DNA from: Pedobacter sp. UBA4863 | Lineage (GTDB): Bacteria; Bacteroidota; Bacteroidia; Sphingobacteriales; Sphingobacteriaceae | Direction: 5' to 3' | Assembly (NCBI RefSeq): GCF_002399615.1 | Contig: NZ_DHDZ01000036.1 | Coordinates: forward strand, 66,091 to 130,090 | DNA length: 64,000 bases | Part shown: positions 28,293 to 37,786 of the stretch, piece by piece | How the letters are laid out: every line of letters starts with the position of its first letter | Numbering within the stretch: the first letter of the stretch is position 1 | Program-made: the position numbers and the translations under genes | Notes under the pieces: generated by a model | Told to the model about the DNA's origin: nothing | The model's input: only the letters and a program-made list of their open reading frames with translations | Database searches by the model: none

Positions 28293-29303
28293 ATGAGTGA
28301 TTTAGTTAAAGTAACCATAGACGGAATAACAGTAGAGGTAGAAAATGGTACCACCATTTTAAACGCTGCCCGCCAAATTGGGGGAGACATTGTGCCTCCT
28401 GCAATGTGCTATTATTCTAAATTGAAAGGTAGTGGAGGTAAATGTCGTACCTGCATTGTGAAAGTGAGCAAAGGTTCTGAAAAAGATCCTAGACCAATGC
28501 CAAAATTAGTAGCGTCTTGCCGCACTACGGTAATGGATGGCATGGAAGTGCTAAACATTACTTCGCCTGAGGTATTAGAAGCCCGTGCAGGTGTGGTAGA
28601 AATCTTGTTGATTAACCACCCATTAGATTGCCCTGTTTGCGACCAAGCTGGTGAGTGCGATTTGCAGAATTTAAGCTACGAGCACGGTTTACAGAAAACA
28701 AGATATGAGTTTGATCGCCGTACGTTCGATAGGATAGATATTGGTGACAAGATTCAATTACACATGAACCGTTGCATTTTATGTTACCGTTGCGTGTTTA
28801 CTGCCGATCAAATCACCAACAAACGTGTTCATGGTATTTTAAATCGTGGAGATCAATCAGAAATTTCAACTTACATACAAACAGCTGTTGATAATGATTT
28901 CTCTGGAAACGTAATTGATGTTTGCCCAGTTGGAGCTTTAACCGATAAAACTTTCCGTTTTAAAAACCGTGTTTGGTTTACAAAGCCGGTTGATGCACAT
29001 AGAAACTGTAGCCATGAGAAATGCAATGGTAAAGTAACCTTATGGTACAAAGGCGAAGATGTTTTACGTGTTACCGCCAGAAAAGACCAGTTTGGAGAAG
29101 TAGAAGAGTTTATCTGTAACGAATGTCGTTTCGATAAAAAGAAAACTACCGATTGGACTTTAGAACAGCCAGCAGTTATTTCTGATACTTCGGTAATCTC
29201 GTCAAACCACTACCAGACCTTTAAGCCGCTTCCGGTAATTAAGGAAAACTTGGCACTACAAGAAGCTAATAAACGCGAACTAGAAAAAACCTTTAAAATC
29301 TAA
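28293..29303 (+). CDS. nuoG: NADH-quinone oxidoreductase subunit G (short form, Fe-S domains only)
   Basis: MCYY…GKCRTCIV, NHPLDCPVCDQAGECDLQ, RCILCYRCV, DVCPVGAL. Confidence 0.93.
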   Translation: MSDLVKVTIDGITVEVENGTTILNAARQIGGDIVPPAMCYYSKLKGSGGKCRTCIVKVSKGSEKDPRPMPKLVASCRTTVMDGMEVLNITSPEVLEARAGVVEILLINHPLDCPVCDQAGECDLQNLSYEHGLQKTRYEFDRRTFDRIDIGDKIQLHMNRCILCYRCVFTADQITNKRVHGILNRGDQSEISTYIQTAVDNDFSGNVIDVCPVGALTDKTFRFKNRVWFTKPVDAHRNCSHEKCNGKVTLWYKGEDVLRVTARKDQFGEVEEFICNECRFDKKKTTDWTLEQPAVISDTSVISSNHYQTFKPLPVIKENLALQEANKRELEKTFKI

Positions 29304-30340
29304 TGGAAATCGATTTCGTTATAGAGAAATTTATATTGGTTACAGCAATATTTGCGATTAGTTTGCTAATAGCCATGTATTCTACCTACGCCGAGCGTAA
29401 GGTTGCCGCTTTTTTACAAGATAGGCTTGGTCCAGATAGAGCTGGCCCCTTTGGTATTTTACAACCTTTGGCCGATGGTGTAAAGATGTTCATGAAAGAG
29501 GAGATTATTCCTGCCAATGCCAATAAATGGTTATTCATGATTGGTCCTGGTTTAGCTATGCTTTGTGCTTGTATTGGTACGGCAGTTATTCCGTGGGGTC
29601 AAGATATGATGGTTGGAGATAGGTTAGTAAAATTACAAGTAGCCGATGTTAACGTTGGTTTACTGTATATTTTTGGTGTAATCTCTTTGGGTGTTTATGG
29701 CGTAATGATTGGCGGTTGGGCATCTAACAATAAATATTCATTACTAAGCTCTATCCGTGCTGCTTCGCAAAATATCAGCTACGAAATTGCGATGGGCCTT
29801 TCCATCATCGCTTTGTTATTGGTAACCAACTCGCTTAGTTTAAGAGAAATTGTAGCACAACAGCATGGCTGGCAATGGAATGTGCTTTATCAGCCTTTAG
29901 GTTTTATCATTTTTATGGTATGTGCCTTTGCCGAAACTAATCGTGCACCTTTCGATTTACCAGAGTGTGAGGCCGAGCTAAATGGAGGATATACCATTGA
30001 GTACTCATCAATGAAATTAGGCTTCTATTTATTTGCAGAATACATCAACATGTTTGTGTCTTCAACCATAATGGCCGCACTATACTTTGGGGGTTACAAC
30101 TATCCAGGAATGGATTACATGGCTACTTTATTGGGACCAACTTGGGGACCGCTATTTGGCACTTTTATCTTTTTCCTAAAAATATTTGCGTTTATCTTCT
30201 TCTTCATGTGGGTACGGTGGACCATCCCTCGTTTCCGCTACGATCAGTTGATGAACTTGGGATGGAAAGGTTTAATTCCTTTAGCTATCGCGAATATCAT
30301 TGTTACGGGTATTGTTATAGCTATTGTAAATAAATTTTAA
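29303..30340 (+). CDS. nuoH: NADH-quinone oxidoreductase subunit H
   Basis: ERKVAAFLQDRLGP, AETNRAPFDLPE, RFRYDQLM. Confidence 0.97.
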   Translation: MEIDFVIEKFILVTAIFAISLLIAMYSTYAERKVAAFLQDRLGPDRAGPFGILQPLADGVKMFMKEEIIPANANKWLFMIGPGLAMLCACIGTAVIPWGQDMMVGDRLVKLQVADVNVGLLYIFGVISLGVYGVMIGGWASNNKYSLLSSIRAASQNISYEIAMGLSIIALLLVTNSLSLREIVAQQHGWQWNVLYQPLGFIIFMVCAFAETNRAPFDLPECEAELNGGYTIEYSSMKLGFYLFAEYINMFVSSTIMAALYFGGYNYPGMDYMATLLGPTWGPLFGTFIFFLKIFAFIFFFMWVRWTIPRFRYDQLMNLGWKGLIPLAIANIIVTGIVIAIVNKF

Positions 30341-30345
30341 TAGAC

Positions 30346-30843
30346 ATGGAATCATTAAGCAATAAGAAAAAAGTATTGGTTTCAAAGCCACTTAATTTTG
30401 CCGAGAGAATGTATCTTCCGGCTATTGCGAGTGGTATGGCTACTACTATTGGTCACTTTTTTAAAAAGCCAGCTACAATAAAATATCCAGAGCAGGTACG
30501 AGAGTTTTCTATCAACTGGAGGGGAATGCACTCTTTAAAGAGAGACGAGGAAGGCAGAGAACGCTGTACGGCTTGCGGTTTGTGTGCTTTGTCTTGTCCG
30601 GCAGAGGCAATTACCATGATTGCAGCCGAACGCAAGAACGATGAGAAACACTTGTACCGTGAAGAGAAATACGCATCTGTTTACGAAATTAATATGTTAC
30701 GTTGCATTTTCTGCGGTTTATGTGAAGAGGCTTGCCCTAAAGAGGCCATATACCTAGACGGACCAATTGTACCAGCAGACTATTTGCGTAAAGACTTTAT
30801 TTATGGCAAAGATAAATTGGTAGAAGCTCCATTAGAGAAATAA
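30346..30843 (+). CDS. nuoI: NADH-quinone oxidoreductase subunit I
   Basis: Two CxxCxxCxxxCP ferredoxin motifs. Confidence 0.97.
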   Translation: MESLSNKKKVLVSKPLNFAERMYLPAIASGMATTIGHFFKKPATIKYPEQVREFSINWRGMHSLKRDEEGRERCTACGLCALSCPAEAITMIAAERKNDEKHLYREEKYASVYEINMLRCIFCGLCEEACPKEAIYLDGPIVPADYLRKDFIYGKDKLVEAPLEK

Positions 30844-30847
30844 TTTA

Positions 30848-30894
30848 GCCACAGATGCACAGATACTATTATTTATAATTTGTGCATCTGTGGC
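30848..30894. repeat. REP-like inverted repeat (GCCACAGATGCACA family)
   Basis: gccacagatgcacagat…atttgtgcatctgtggc. Confidence 0.75.
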
Positions 30895-30921
30895 CAACAA
30901 ATAACAACTAAATAAAAATTA

Positions 30922-31428
30922 ATGGGTACATCGGTATTCTATTTTGTAGCAACATTAAGCATTATATCTGCACTGATGGTGGTTTTTGCAAAAAACCCAA
31001 TTCATAGTGTGCTATACTTAATTCTAACGTTTTTTACGTTTACAATTCATTATGTGCTATTAAACGCACAATTCTTAGCGGTAGTTAACTTCATTGTGTA
31101 TATGGGTGCCATTATGGTACTTTTCCTATTTGTACTGATGTTGCTTAATCTCAATAAAGAAAATGAGCCCAACAAATCCGTTTTGCTAAGAATAATTGGT
31201 GTAATTGCTGGTGGATGCTTGGTAGTAACCTTAATTGGTTCGCTAAAATCGGCAGTAATAAATACCCCTTTAGAATTGAAAGACCAGAATTTAGGTTTGG
31301 TAGAGAACTTAGGCAAAGAGTTATTTGGGCAATTTATGTTACCATTCGAATTATCGTCGTTGCTATTGTTAAGTGCAATGGTAGGGGCCATACTTTTAAC
31401 CAAAAAGGAGGAAAAAACTAATGGGTAG
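30922..31428 (+). CDS. nuoJ: NADH-quinone oxidoreductase subunit J
   Basis: NPIHSVLYL, VYMGAIMVLFLFV, LPFE motifs. Confidence 0.95.
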   Translation: MGTSVFYFVATLSIISALMVVFAKNPIHSVLYLILTFFTFTIHYVLLNAQFLAVVNFIVYMGAIMVLFLFVLMLLNLNKENEPNKSVLLRIIGVIAGGCLVVTLIGSLKSAVINTPLELKDQNLGLVENLGKELFGQFMLPFELSSLLLLSAMVGAILLTKKEEKTNG

Positions 31429-31750
31429 TTTGTTCGAAAATATGCAGGCAGTGCCGTTAAGCCATTACATTTGGTTTTGTGCCATTATCTTCACTATTGG
31501 TGTAGTTGGCGTATTGGTACGCAGAAATGCCATTATCATTTTTATGTCGGTAGAATTAATGTTAAATGCGGTAAACCTGCTTTTAGCCGCATTCTCGGTA
31601 CATCATAACGATCCATCGGGACAAGTTTTTGTGTTCTTTATTATGGCACTAGCCGCGGCAGAAGTTGCCGTTGGCTTAAGTATCATCGTAATGGTTTACC
31701 GTAACACACAATCAATAGATATTAATGTATTAAATCGCCTTAAGTGGTAA
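31421..31750 (+). CDS. nuoK: NADH-quinone oxidoreductase subunit K
   Basis: MSVELMLNAVN, AAAEVAVGL. Confidence 0.96.
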   Translation: MGSLFENMQAVPLSHYIWFCAIIFTIGVVGVLVRRNAIIIFMSVELMLNAVNLLLAAFSVHHNDPSGQVFVFFIMALAAAEVAVGLSIIVMVYRNTQSIDINVLNRLKW

Positions 31751-31765
31751 TTCTAATAAAATAAG

Positions 31766-33667
31766 ATGATTACAAGTTTACTTTGGTTAATTCCAGTTCT
31801 TCCGCTTTTAGGCTTCTTGATTAATGGTTTAGGCCGTAATACATTGAGCAAAGGTGCTGTTGGCCTTATTGGCAGCGGAGTGGTTTTAACTTCATTTATT
31901 CTTAGCGTTTGCTTTTTCTTCGAGCTAAGTGCTAGCACAGATAAGCAATTTTACGTTAATTATTTCGATTGGATTAGTGTTGGAGATTTGAAAATTCCTT
32001 TGTCGTTTTTGTACGACCCATTAAGTGCAATTATGCTCTTAGTGATTACAGGAATTGGCTTTTTAATCCATATCTATTCTACAGCTTACATGCACGAAGA
32101 TGCCGGCTTTAGTAAATTCTTCGCCTATTTAAACCTATTTATCTTCTTCATGTTGATTTTGGTTTTAGGTTCAAATTACATCGTGATGTTTATTGGCTGG
32201 GAAGGTGTAGGCTTATGTTCATACCTATTAATTGGCTTTTGGTTTACCAACAACAGCTATGCAAGTGCGGCTAAAAAAGCATTTGTTATTAACCGCATTG
32301 GCGATTTAGGTTTCCTTTTAGGAGCATTCTTAATGTTCCAGTTTTTCGGAAGCCTAGAGTTTGCAAAAGTATTTCCTCAGGCTGCTAATATGTTGCCAGG
32401 AAACGAAACCATTACCATTATCGCTATATTGTTATTTATTGGTGCCTGTGGTAAATCGGCACAGTTACCACTATTTACATGGTTGCCAGATGCGATGGCG
32501 GGACCAACTCCGGTTTCTGCATTAATCCACGCAGCAACGATGGTAACTGCAGGTATTTATATGATTGCTCGTTCAAGCGTGGTATTCGACTTGGCGCCAA
32601 TTGCACAAAATATCATTGCTATTGTCGGTGCAGCGACTGCTTTAGTTGCCGCTTTAATTGCCTTGACACAAACAGACATCAAAAAAGTATTGGCTTATTC
32701 AACCGTATCTCAATTGGGATATATGTTCTTAGGCTTAGGCGTTGGTGCTTATACCGGTTCTTTCTTCCACGTATTAACCCACGCTTTCTTTAAAGCATTG
32801 TTGTTCTTAGGTGCTGGTGCGGTAATTCATTCTTTACACCACGAGCAAGATATGCGCCACATGGGTGGATTGAAAGCTAAATTGAAAACTACTTTCGCTA
32901 CCATGATGGTGGGCACCATTGCAATTGCTGGTTTACCTCCTTTTTCGGGTTTCTTTTCGAAGGATGAAATTTTAGCACATGCTTACCAATTTAGTCCGGT
33001 ACTTTGGGGAGTAGGTGTGTTGACAGCATTTTTAACTGCATTTTATATGTTCCGTATGATGTTCTTAACCTTTTACGGTAAATTCAGAGGTACGCATCAT
33101 ACCGAAGAGCATATTCACGAATCGCCAAAAGCGATGACTATCCCTTTGGTGGTTTTAGCAATTTTGGCAATAATTGGTGGTGCAATTAACTTCCCTCATA
33201 TTTTTGGTGGTAATGCTTGGTTATCGCAGTGGTTAACTGGCGCAAAGGTTACTCAAAACCATTTAGAATTAAGCCATAGCACAGAGTTTATGCTAATGGG
33301 AATTTCGGTATTGGCGGCAGTGGTAGCTATACTGTTTGCTTATAGCAAATACGTTAAAAAAGCAGAAGTACCTGTGTCAGACGAAGCACCTAGAACTGCA
33401 TTAGAAAAATTATCGTACAATAAATTCTACTTAGATGAAATTTACGATGCCATCATTAGAAAACCTTTGGATACATTCTCTAACTTCTTCTATAAAATTA
33501 TCGATAATAAAGTAATTGATGGTTTGGTGAACGGCCTAGGCTGGACAGCAAACGAAGGAAGTAAGAACTTACGATTGTTACAATCGGGTAATGTGGGTTA
33601 TTATATCATTATGATGGTTGTTGGTATTGTGGCATTATTGCTCTATACTTATTTGTTTATTGCTTAA
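31766..33667 (+). CDS. nuoL: NADH-quinone oxidoreductase subunit L
   Basis: GWEGVGLCSYLLIGFW, GKSAQLPLFTWLPDAMAGPTPVSALIHAATMV. Confidence 0.97.
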   Translation: MITSLLWLIPVLPLLGFLINGLGRNTLSKGAVGLIGSGVVLTSFILSVCFFFELSASTDKQFYVNYFDWISVGDLKIPLSFLYDPLSAIMLLVITGIGFLIHIYSTAYMHEDAGFSKFFAYLNLFIFFMLILVLGSNYIVMFIGWEGVGLCSYLLIGFWFTNNSYASAAKKAFVINRIGDLGFLLGAFLMFQFFGSLEFAKVFPQAANMLPGNETITIIAILLFIGACGKSAQLPLFTWLPDAMAGPTPVSALIHAATMVTAGIYMIARSSVVFDLAPIAQNIIAIVGAATALVAALIALTQTDIKKVLAYSTVSQLGYMFLGLGVGAYTGSFFHVLTHAFFKALLFLGAGAVIHSLHHEQDMRHMGGLKAKLKTTFATMMVGTIAIAGLPPFSGFFSKDEILAHAYQFSPVLWGVGVLTAFLTAFYMFRMMFLTFYGKFRGTHHTEEHIHESPKAMTIPLVVLAILAIIGGAINFPHIFGGNAWLSQWLTGAKVTQNHLELSHSTEFMLMGISVLAAVVAILFAYSKYVKKAEVPVSDEAPRTALEKLSYNKFYLDEIYDAIIRKPLDTFSNFFYKIIDNKVIDGLVNGLGWTANEGSKNLRLLQSGNVGYYIIMMVVGIVALLLYTYLFIA

Positions 33668-33686
33668 AGTTAGTTCAAAATTATAA

Positions 33687-35153
33687 ATGGAACTTTTAAT
33701 ACTCATATTTCTACCTTTAGTTGGCGCAATTGCCACGGCTTTATTTGTTAAGCAAACCACAGCTAAGGTAGTAGCATTTGCTTTTTCAATATTATCAATG
33801 GTTGTAGCGGTTACACTGTTAAGCAAGTTTACACCCGATGCAAGCACCCAGTTTATAGTTAATTTCCCGTGGATACAACAATTAGGAATTAACTTCCATG
33901 CTGGTATAGATGGTATTAGCATGATCACGGTTTTGTTAACTAATGTTTTAACACCGTTGATTATACTAGCTAGTTTTAAACACGAATATAAAAACGCCAA
34001 TGCTTTTTATGCTTTAGTATTATTCATGCAAACAGGTTTATTGTTAGTGTTTACCGCTTTAGATGCTTTCTTGTTTTACATTGGATGGGAAGCCGCTTTA
34101 ATCCCGATTTACTTTATCTGCGCTAATTGGGGAGGTAAAGACCGCATTAAGGTAAACATGAAATTCTTCGTTTACACCATTGCAGGTTCTTTATTTATGC
34201 TTTTGGGTATTATTTATTTGTACCTACAAAACCCGGCTAATAACTTCGAGCTAGCTCAATTTTATAAATTACAATTAGACGCTTCTCAGCAGGGCTGGAT
34301 TTTTTGGGCGTTCTTTATTGCTTTTGCTATTAAAATGCCAATTTTTCCTTTTCACACTTGGCAACCAGACACCTATACCACAGCACCAGCTCCAGGCACC
34401 ATGTTGTTGGCAGGAATTATGCTAAAAATGGGTATTTATGGTGTTATTAAATGGTTATTGCCAATTGTACCACACGGTGTTCAAGATTGGAGCGCTGTAG
34501 TAATGGGATTAGCAATTGTTGGTGTAGTTTACGCGGCAATTATTGCATTCATGCAGAAAGATGCCAAACGTTTAATAGCTTATTCTTCCATTAGTCACGT
34601 GGGTTTAATAGCTGCTGGTATTTTCACTTTAAGTCACCAAGGTTTACAAGGCAGCATGATCCAAATGTTAAGTCATGGTATCAATGTAATAGGTTTGTTT
34701 TTTGTCTTGGATATTATAAATTCGCGTTTAGCAACCAACAAATTTGATGAATTAGGTGGATTAGCGAAAGTGGCGCCACAGTTAGCAATTACTTTCTTAA
34801 TTATCCTTTTAGGAACAATAGCCTTACCTGGAACTAATGGATTTATTGGTGAGTTTTTATTGCTGATGAGCGTTTATAACTATAATGCGTGGTTAGGAGC
34901 AATTGCGGGTTTAACAATTATCTTCGGGGCGGTTTATATGTTCAGAAGTTATCAGAAAATTATGCTAGGCGAAACTAATGCGCTTACCGCTAGCTTTAAA
35001 GATATTAACGGAACGGAAAAAGTAGTATTGTACACCATTTGTGCCTTGGTTATTGTAATTGGCGTTTATCCAAAACCATTATTGCAAATATCAGAGGCAT
35101 CAGTACAACATTTATTAGAACAGATTAATCATAAATTAACAGGGATTAACTAA
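33687..35153 (+). CDS. nuoM: NADH-quinone oxidoreductase subunit M
   Basis: AIKMPIFPFHTWQPD, LKMGIYG, AYSSISH. Confidence 0.97.
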   Translation: MELLILIFLPLVGAIATALFVKQTTAKVVAFAFSILSMVVAVTLLSKFTPDASTQFIVNFPWIQQLGINFHAGIDGISMITVLLTNVLTPLIILASFKHEYKNANAFYALVLFMQTGLLLVFTALDAFLFYIGWEAALIPIYFICANWGGKDRIKVNMKFFVYTIAGSLFMLLGIIYLYLQNPANNFELAQFYKLQLDASQQGWIFWAFFIAFAIKMPIFPFHTWQPDTYTTAPAPGTMLLAGIMLKMGIYGVIKWLLPIVPHGVQDWSAVVMGLAIVGVVYAAIIAFMQKDAKRLIAYSSISHVGLIAAGIFTLSHQGLQGSMIQMLSHGINVIGLFFVLDIINSRLATNKFDELGGLAKVAPQLAITFLIILLGTIALPGTNGFIGEFLLLMSVYNYNAWLGAIAGLTIIFGAVYMFRSYQKIMLGETNALTASFKDINGTEKVVLYTICALVIVIGVYPKPLLQISEASVQHLLEQINHKLTGIN

Positions 35154-35155
35154 GC

Positions 35156-36529
35156 ATGAATATTATTATAACCATTGCCGTAACGGCTTTAGTAGTTCTT
35201 TATACAGGTTTATTTAAAGCCAAGAAAGCTTTATTACCTATCACTTTGCTTGGTCTTGTAGTTGCTTTGGGTTTTACCATCTGTTCTTGGAACCAACCAA
35301 CGGTACATTTTGGAATGATGCAAATTGATAATTTTGCATTGGCTTTTGCCGCAATTTCAATTATAGGAACACTATTGATTTTCTTGTTAACGCAACGTTA
35401 CTTTGCCGAAAACAGTCCGAACATAGCCGAATATTTTACCTTGATACTTTTTGCTTTGTGCGGAATTATCATCATGGTTTCTTATAAAAACCTGTCAATG
35501 TTGTTTATCGGGGTAGAAATAATGTCGGTCTGTTTGTATATTTTAGCAGGCATCAGAAAGCAAAACTTTGCTTCAAACGAAGCTTCGCTGAAGTACTTTT
35601 TAATGGGTGCTTTCTCTACAGGTTTCTTGTTGTTTGGTATTGCCTTAATTTACGGCGCTACAGGCTCATTTGATATCGATGCTATTCAAGCTAATTTGGT
35701 AAACAACGTTACTCATGTGTCGCCTTTATTTTATCCAGGCATTATTTTAGTGATGGTAGGCTTGTGTTTTAAAGTGGGTGCCGCACCTTTCCATTTCTGG
35801 ACCCCAGATGTGTACGAAGGCGCTCCGTCTTTAATTACAACCTTTATGGCTACCGTAGTTAAAACTGGAGGCTTTGCAGCTTTCTTAAGATTGTTTGCCG
35901 GCGCTTTTGAACCTCTGCACGATTTTTGGATGCCAGCCCTAATGGCCATCGTCATCATCACCTTGTGTTTGGGAAATATTACCGCTTTATACCAAAAGAA
36001 CTTTAAGCGTATGTTGGCTTACTCAAGTATCTCTCATGCAGGTTATTTATTGTTCTCTTTAATTGTTTTAACAGCTAATTCGGCAAGCAATGTGCTGGTT
36101 TATGCGGCAGCCTATACTTTTGCTACTATTGTTGCCTTTGCAGTAATGATTAATGTAAAGCAAAAAACAGGTAGCGATGATATAGAAAGTTTCAATGGCT
36201 TGGCAAAGCGTAATCCTATGGCGGCATTGGCCTTAACTATTTCCATGTTGTCATTGGCTGGTATTCCGTTAACGGCTGGTTTTATCGGTAAATATGTAAT
36301 GTTCTTAAATGTTTTAGAAAATTACCAGATCATTTTAGTAGTTATTGCTATTTTAAATGCCTTAGTAGGTTTCTATTATTATTTCAGGGTAATTATTGCA
36401 GTTTATTTTAAAGAAGGAAAAGAAATAGAATTAGATACCCCAATGCAGTACAAAGTAGTACTGGTTGTTTCAACAATAGTAATCTTAGTTTTAGGGATTT
36501 ATCCTTCGCTTATTTTAAACCTGATATAG
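35156..36529 (+). CDS. nuoN: NADH-quinone oxidoreductase subunit N
   Basis: EASLKYF, FKVGAAPFHFWTPDVYEG, KRMLAYSSISHAG. Confidence 0.97.
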   Translation: MNIIITIAVTALVVLYTGLFKAKKALLPITLLGLVVALGFTICSWNQPTVHFGMMQIDNFALAFAAISIIGTLLIFLLTQRYFAENSPNIAEYFTLILFALCGIIIMVSYKNLSMLFIGVEIMSVCLYILAGIRKQNFASNEASLKYFLMGAFSTGFLLFGIALIYGATGSFDIDAIQANLVNNVTHVSPLFYPGIILVMVGLCFKVGAAPFHFWTPDVYEGAPSLITTFMATVVKTGGFAAFLRLFAGAFEPLHDFWMPALMAIVIITLCLGNITALYQKNFKRMLAYSSISHAGYLLFSLIVLTANSASNVLVYAAAYTFATIVAFAVMINVKQKTGSDDIESFNGLAKRNPMAALALTISMLSLAGIPLTAGFIGKYVMFLNVLENYQIILVVIAILNALVGFYYYFRVIIAVYFKEGKEIELDTPMQYKVVLVVSTIVILVLGIYPSLILNLI

Positions 36530-36576
36530 CATAACGATTTAGAGTTTTATTTGTAGTTTTACGAATAATCGCAATT

Positions 36577-37245
36577 ATGCAACAATTCTGGACTTACCTA
36601 CAGCATCTTATAGATCCTGAGAAACTTTTACATCAAGGAGGTTTCTATTTAGTTGTATTTGTTATTTTCGCCGAAACGGGATTGTTTTTTGGTTTCTTTT
36701 TGCCAGGAGATTACCTTTTGTTTTTAGCGGGCATGTTTGTAGCTACAGGTAAATTAGATGTCAATATATATACCTTGGTACTTGCATTAATGGCAGCCGC
36801 TATTTCCGGAAATTTTGTGGGCTATTGGTTCGGTAAAAAAACAGGGCCAGTATTGCATACCAGAAAAGACACCTTTTTCTTTAAAAAGAAGTTTCTTAAA
36901 ACAGCCGAAGAATATTATCGTAAACAAGGCGCTTTTGCGTTAATTATGGGCAGGTTTGTGCCAATAGTTAGAACATTTGCCCCAATAGTGGCAGGCCTCA
37001 TTAAAATGGATTTTAGAAAATTTGTGGTCTATAATGTAGCCGGTGCATTATTATGGATTTGTTCCTTAACTTTGTTGGGTTATTTTTTAGGTAAAAGCTT
37101 TGCAAAACAAATAGAAGAATATCTAGCTTATATCATTTTTGGGTTTATTTTAATTACAACAATCCCTTTAGTGATTACCTTTGTGAAAAATAAAATACAG
37201 AATACTAATTTAGAAGATAGAGAGATTAAACAAGAAGATGATTAA
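36577..37245 (+). CDS. DedA family membrane protein
   Basis: FAETGL..GFFLPGD, GRFVPIVRTFAP. Confidence 0.92.
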   Translation: MQQFWTYLQHLIDPEKLLHQGGFYLVVFVIFAETGLFFGFFLPGDYLLFLAGMFVATGKLDVNIYTLVLALMAAAISGNFVGYWFGKKTGPVLHTRKDTFFFKKKFLKTAEEYYRKQGAFALIMGRFVPIVRTFAPIVAGLIKMDFRKFVVYNVAGALLWICSLTLLGYFLGKSFAKQIEEYLAYIIFGFILITTIPLVITFVKNKIQNTNLEDREIKQEDD

Positions 37246-37780
37246 AGACAACAGCCATCCATGGCACAGCGTATCTCCGGGCGAAAATTTGCCTGAAACA
37301 GTAAATGCAATTATAGAAATTCCTAAAGGATCAAAAGCAAAATACGAAATAGACAAAGACTCTAATTTAATTAAGTTAGACCGCGTACTGTTTTCATCAG
37401 TAATGTACCCCGCTAATTATGGTTTTATTCCGCAAACTTATTGCGATGATAAAGATCCATTAGATATTTTGGTTTTATGTTCGGTAGATGTTTACCCCAT
37501 GACCATTATTGAGGCTAAAGTAATTGGTGTAATGCACATGATTGATAATGGCGAACAAGACGATAAAATTATTGCCGTGGCTAAAAACGATCCATCGGTA
37601 AATTATATTAACGATTTGGGAGAATTGCCTCCGCATACCATGAAAGAAATAGTGAAGTTCTTTCAAGATTACAAAGCGTTAGAAAACAAACAAGTAACTA
37701 TCGAGCATCTTTTAGGTGTAAGGTATGCCCATAAGGTAATCAACGAGAGCATTGAGCTCTATAATAGTACATTTAGGTAA
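37238..37780 (+). CDS. ppa: Inorganic pyrophosphatase (family I)
   Basis: YPANYGFIPQT..DDKDPLD, DDKII. Confidence 0.95.
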   Translation: MIKDNSHPWHSVSPGENLPETVNAIIEIPKGSKAKYEIDKDSNLIKLDRVLFSSVMYPANYGFIPQTYCDDKDPLDILVLCSVDVYPMTIIEAKVIGVMHMIDNGEQDDKIIAVAKNDPSVNYINDLGELPPHTMKEIVKFFQDYKALENKQVTIEHLLGVRYAHKVINESIELYNSTFR

Positions 37781-37786
37781 TTTTTA

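Noticed and set aside
28293-29303. nuoG as a pseudogene
   Set aside because: Clean ORF, intact Fe-S motifs, translational coupling to nuoH and no leftover C-terminal fragment.
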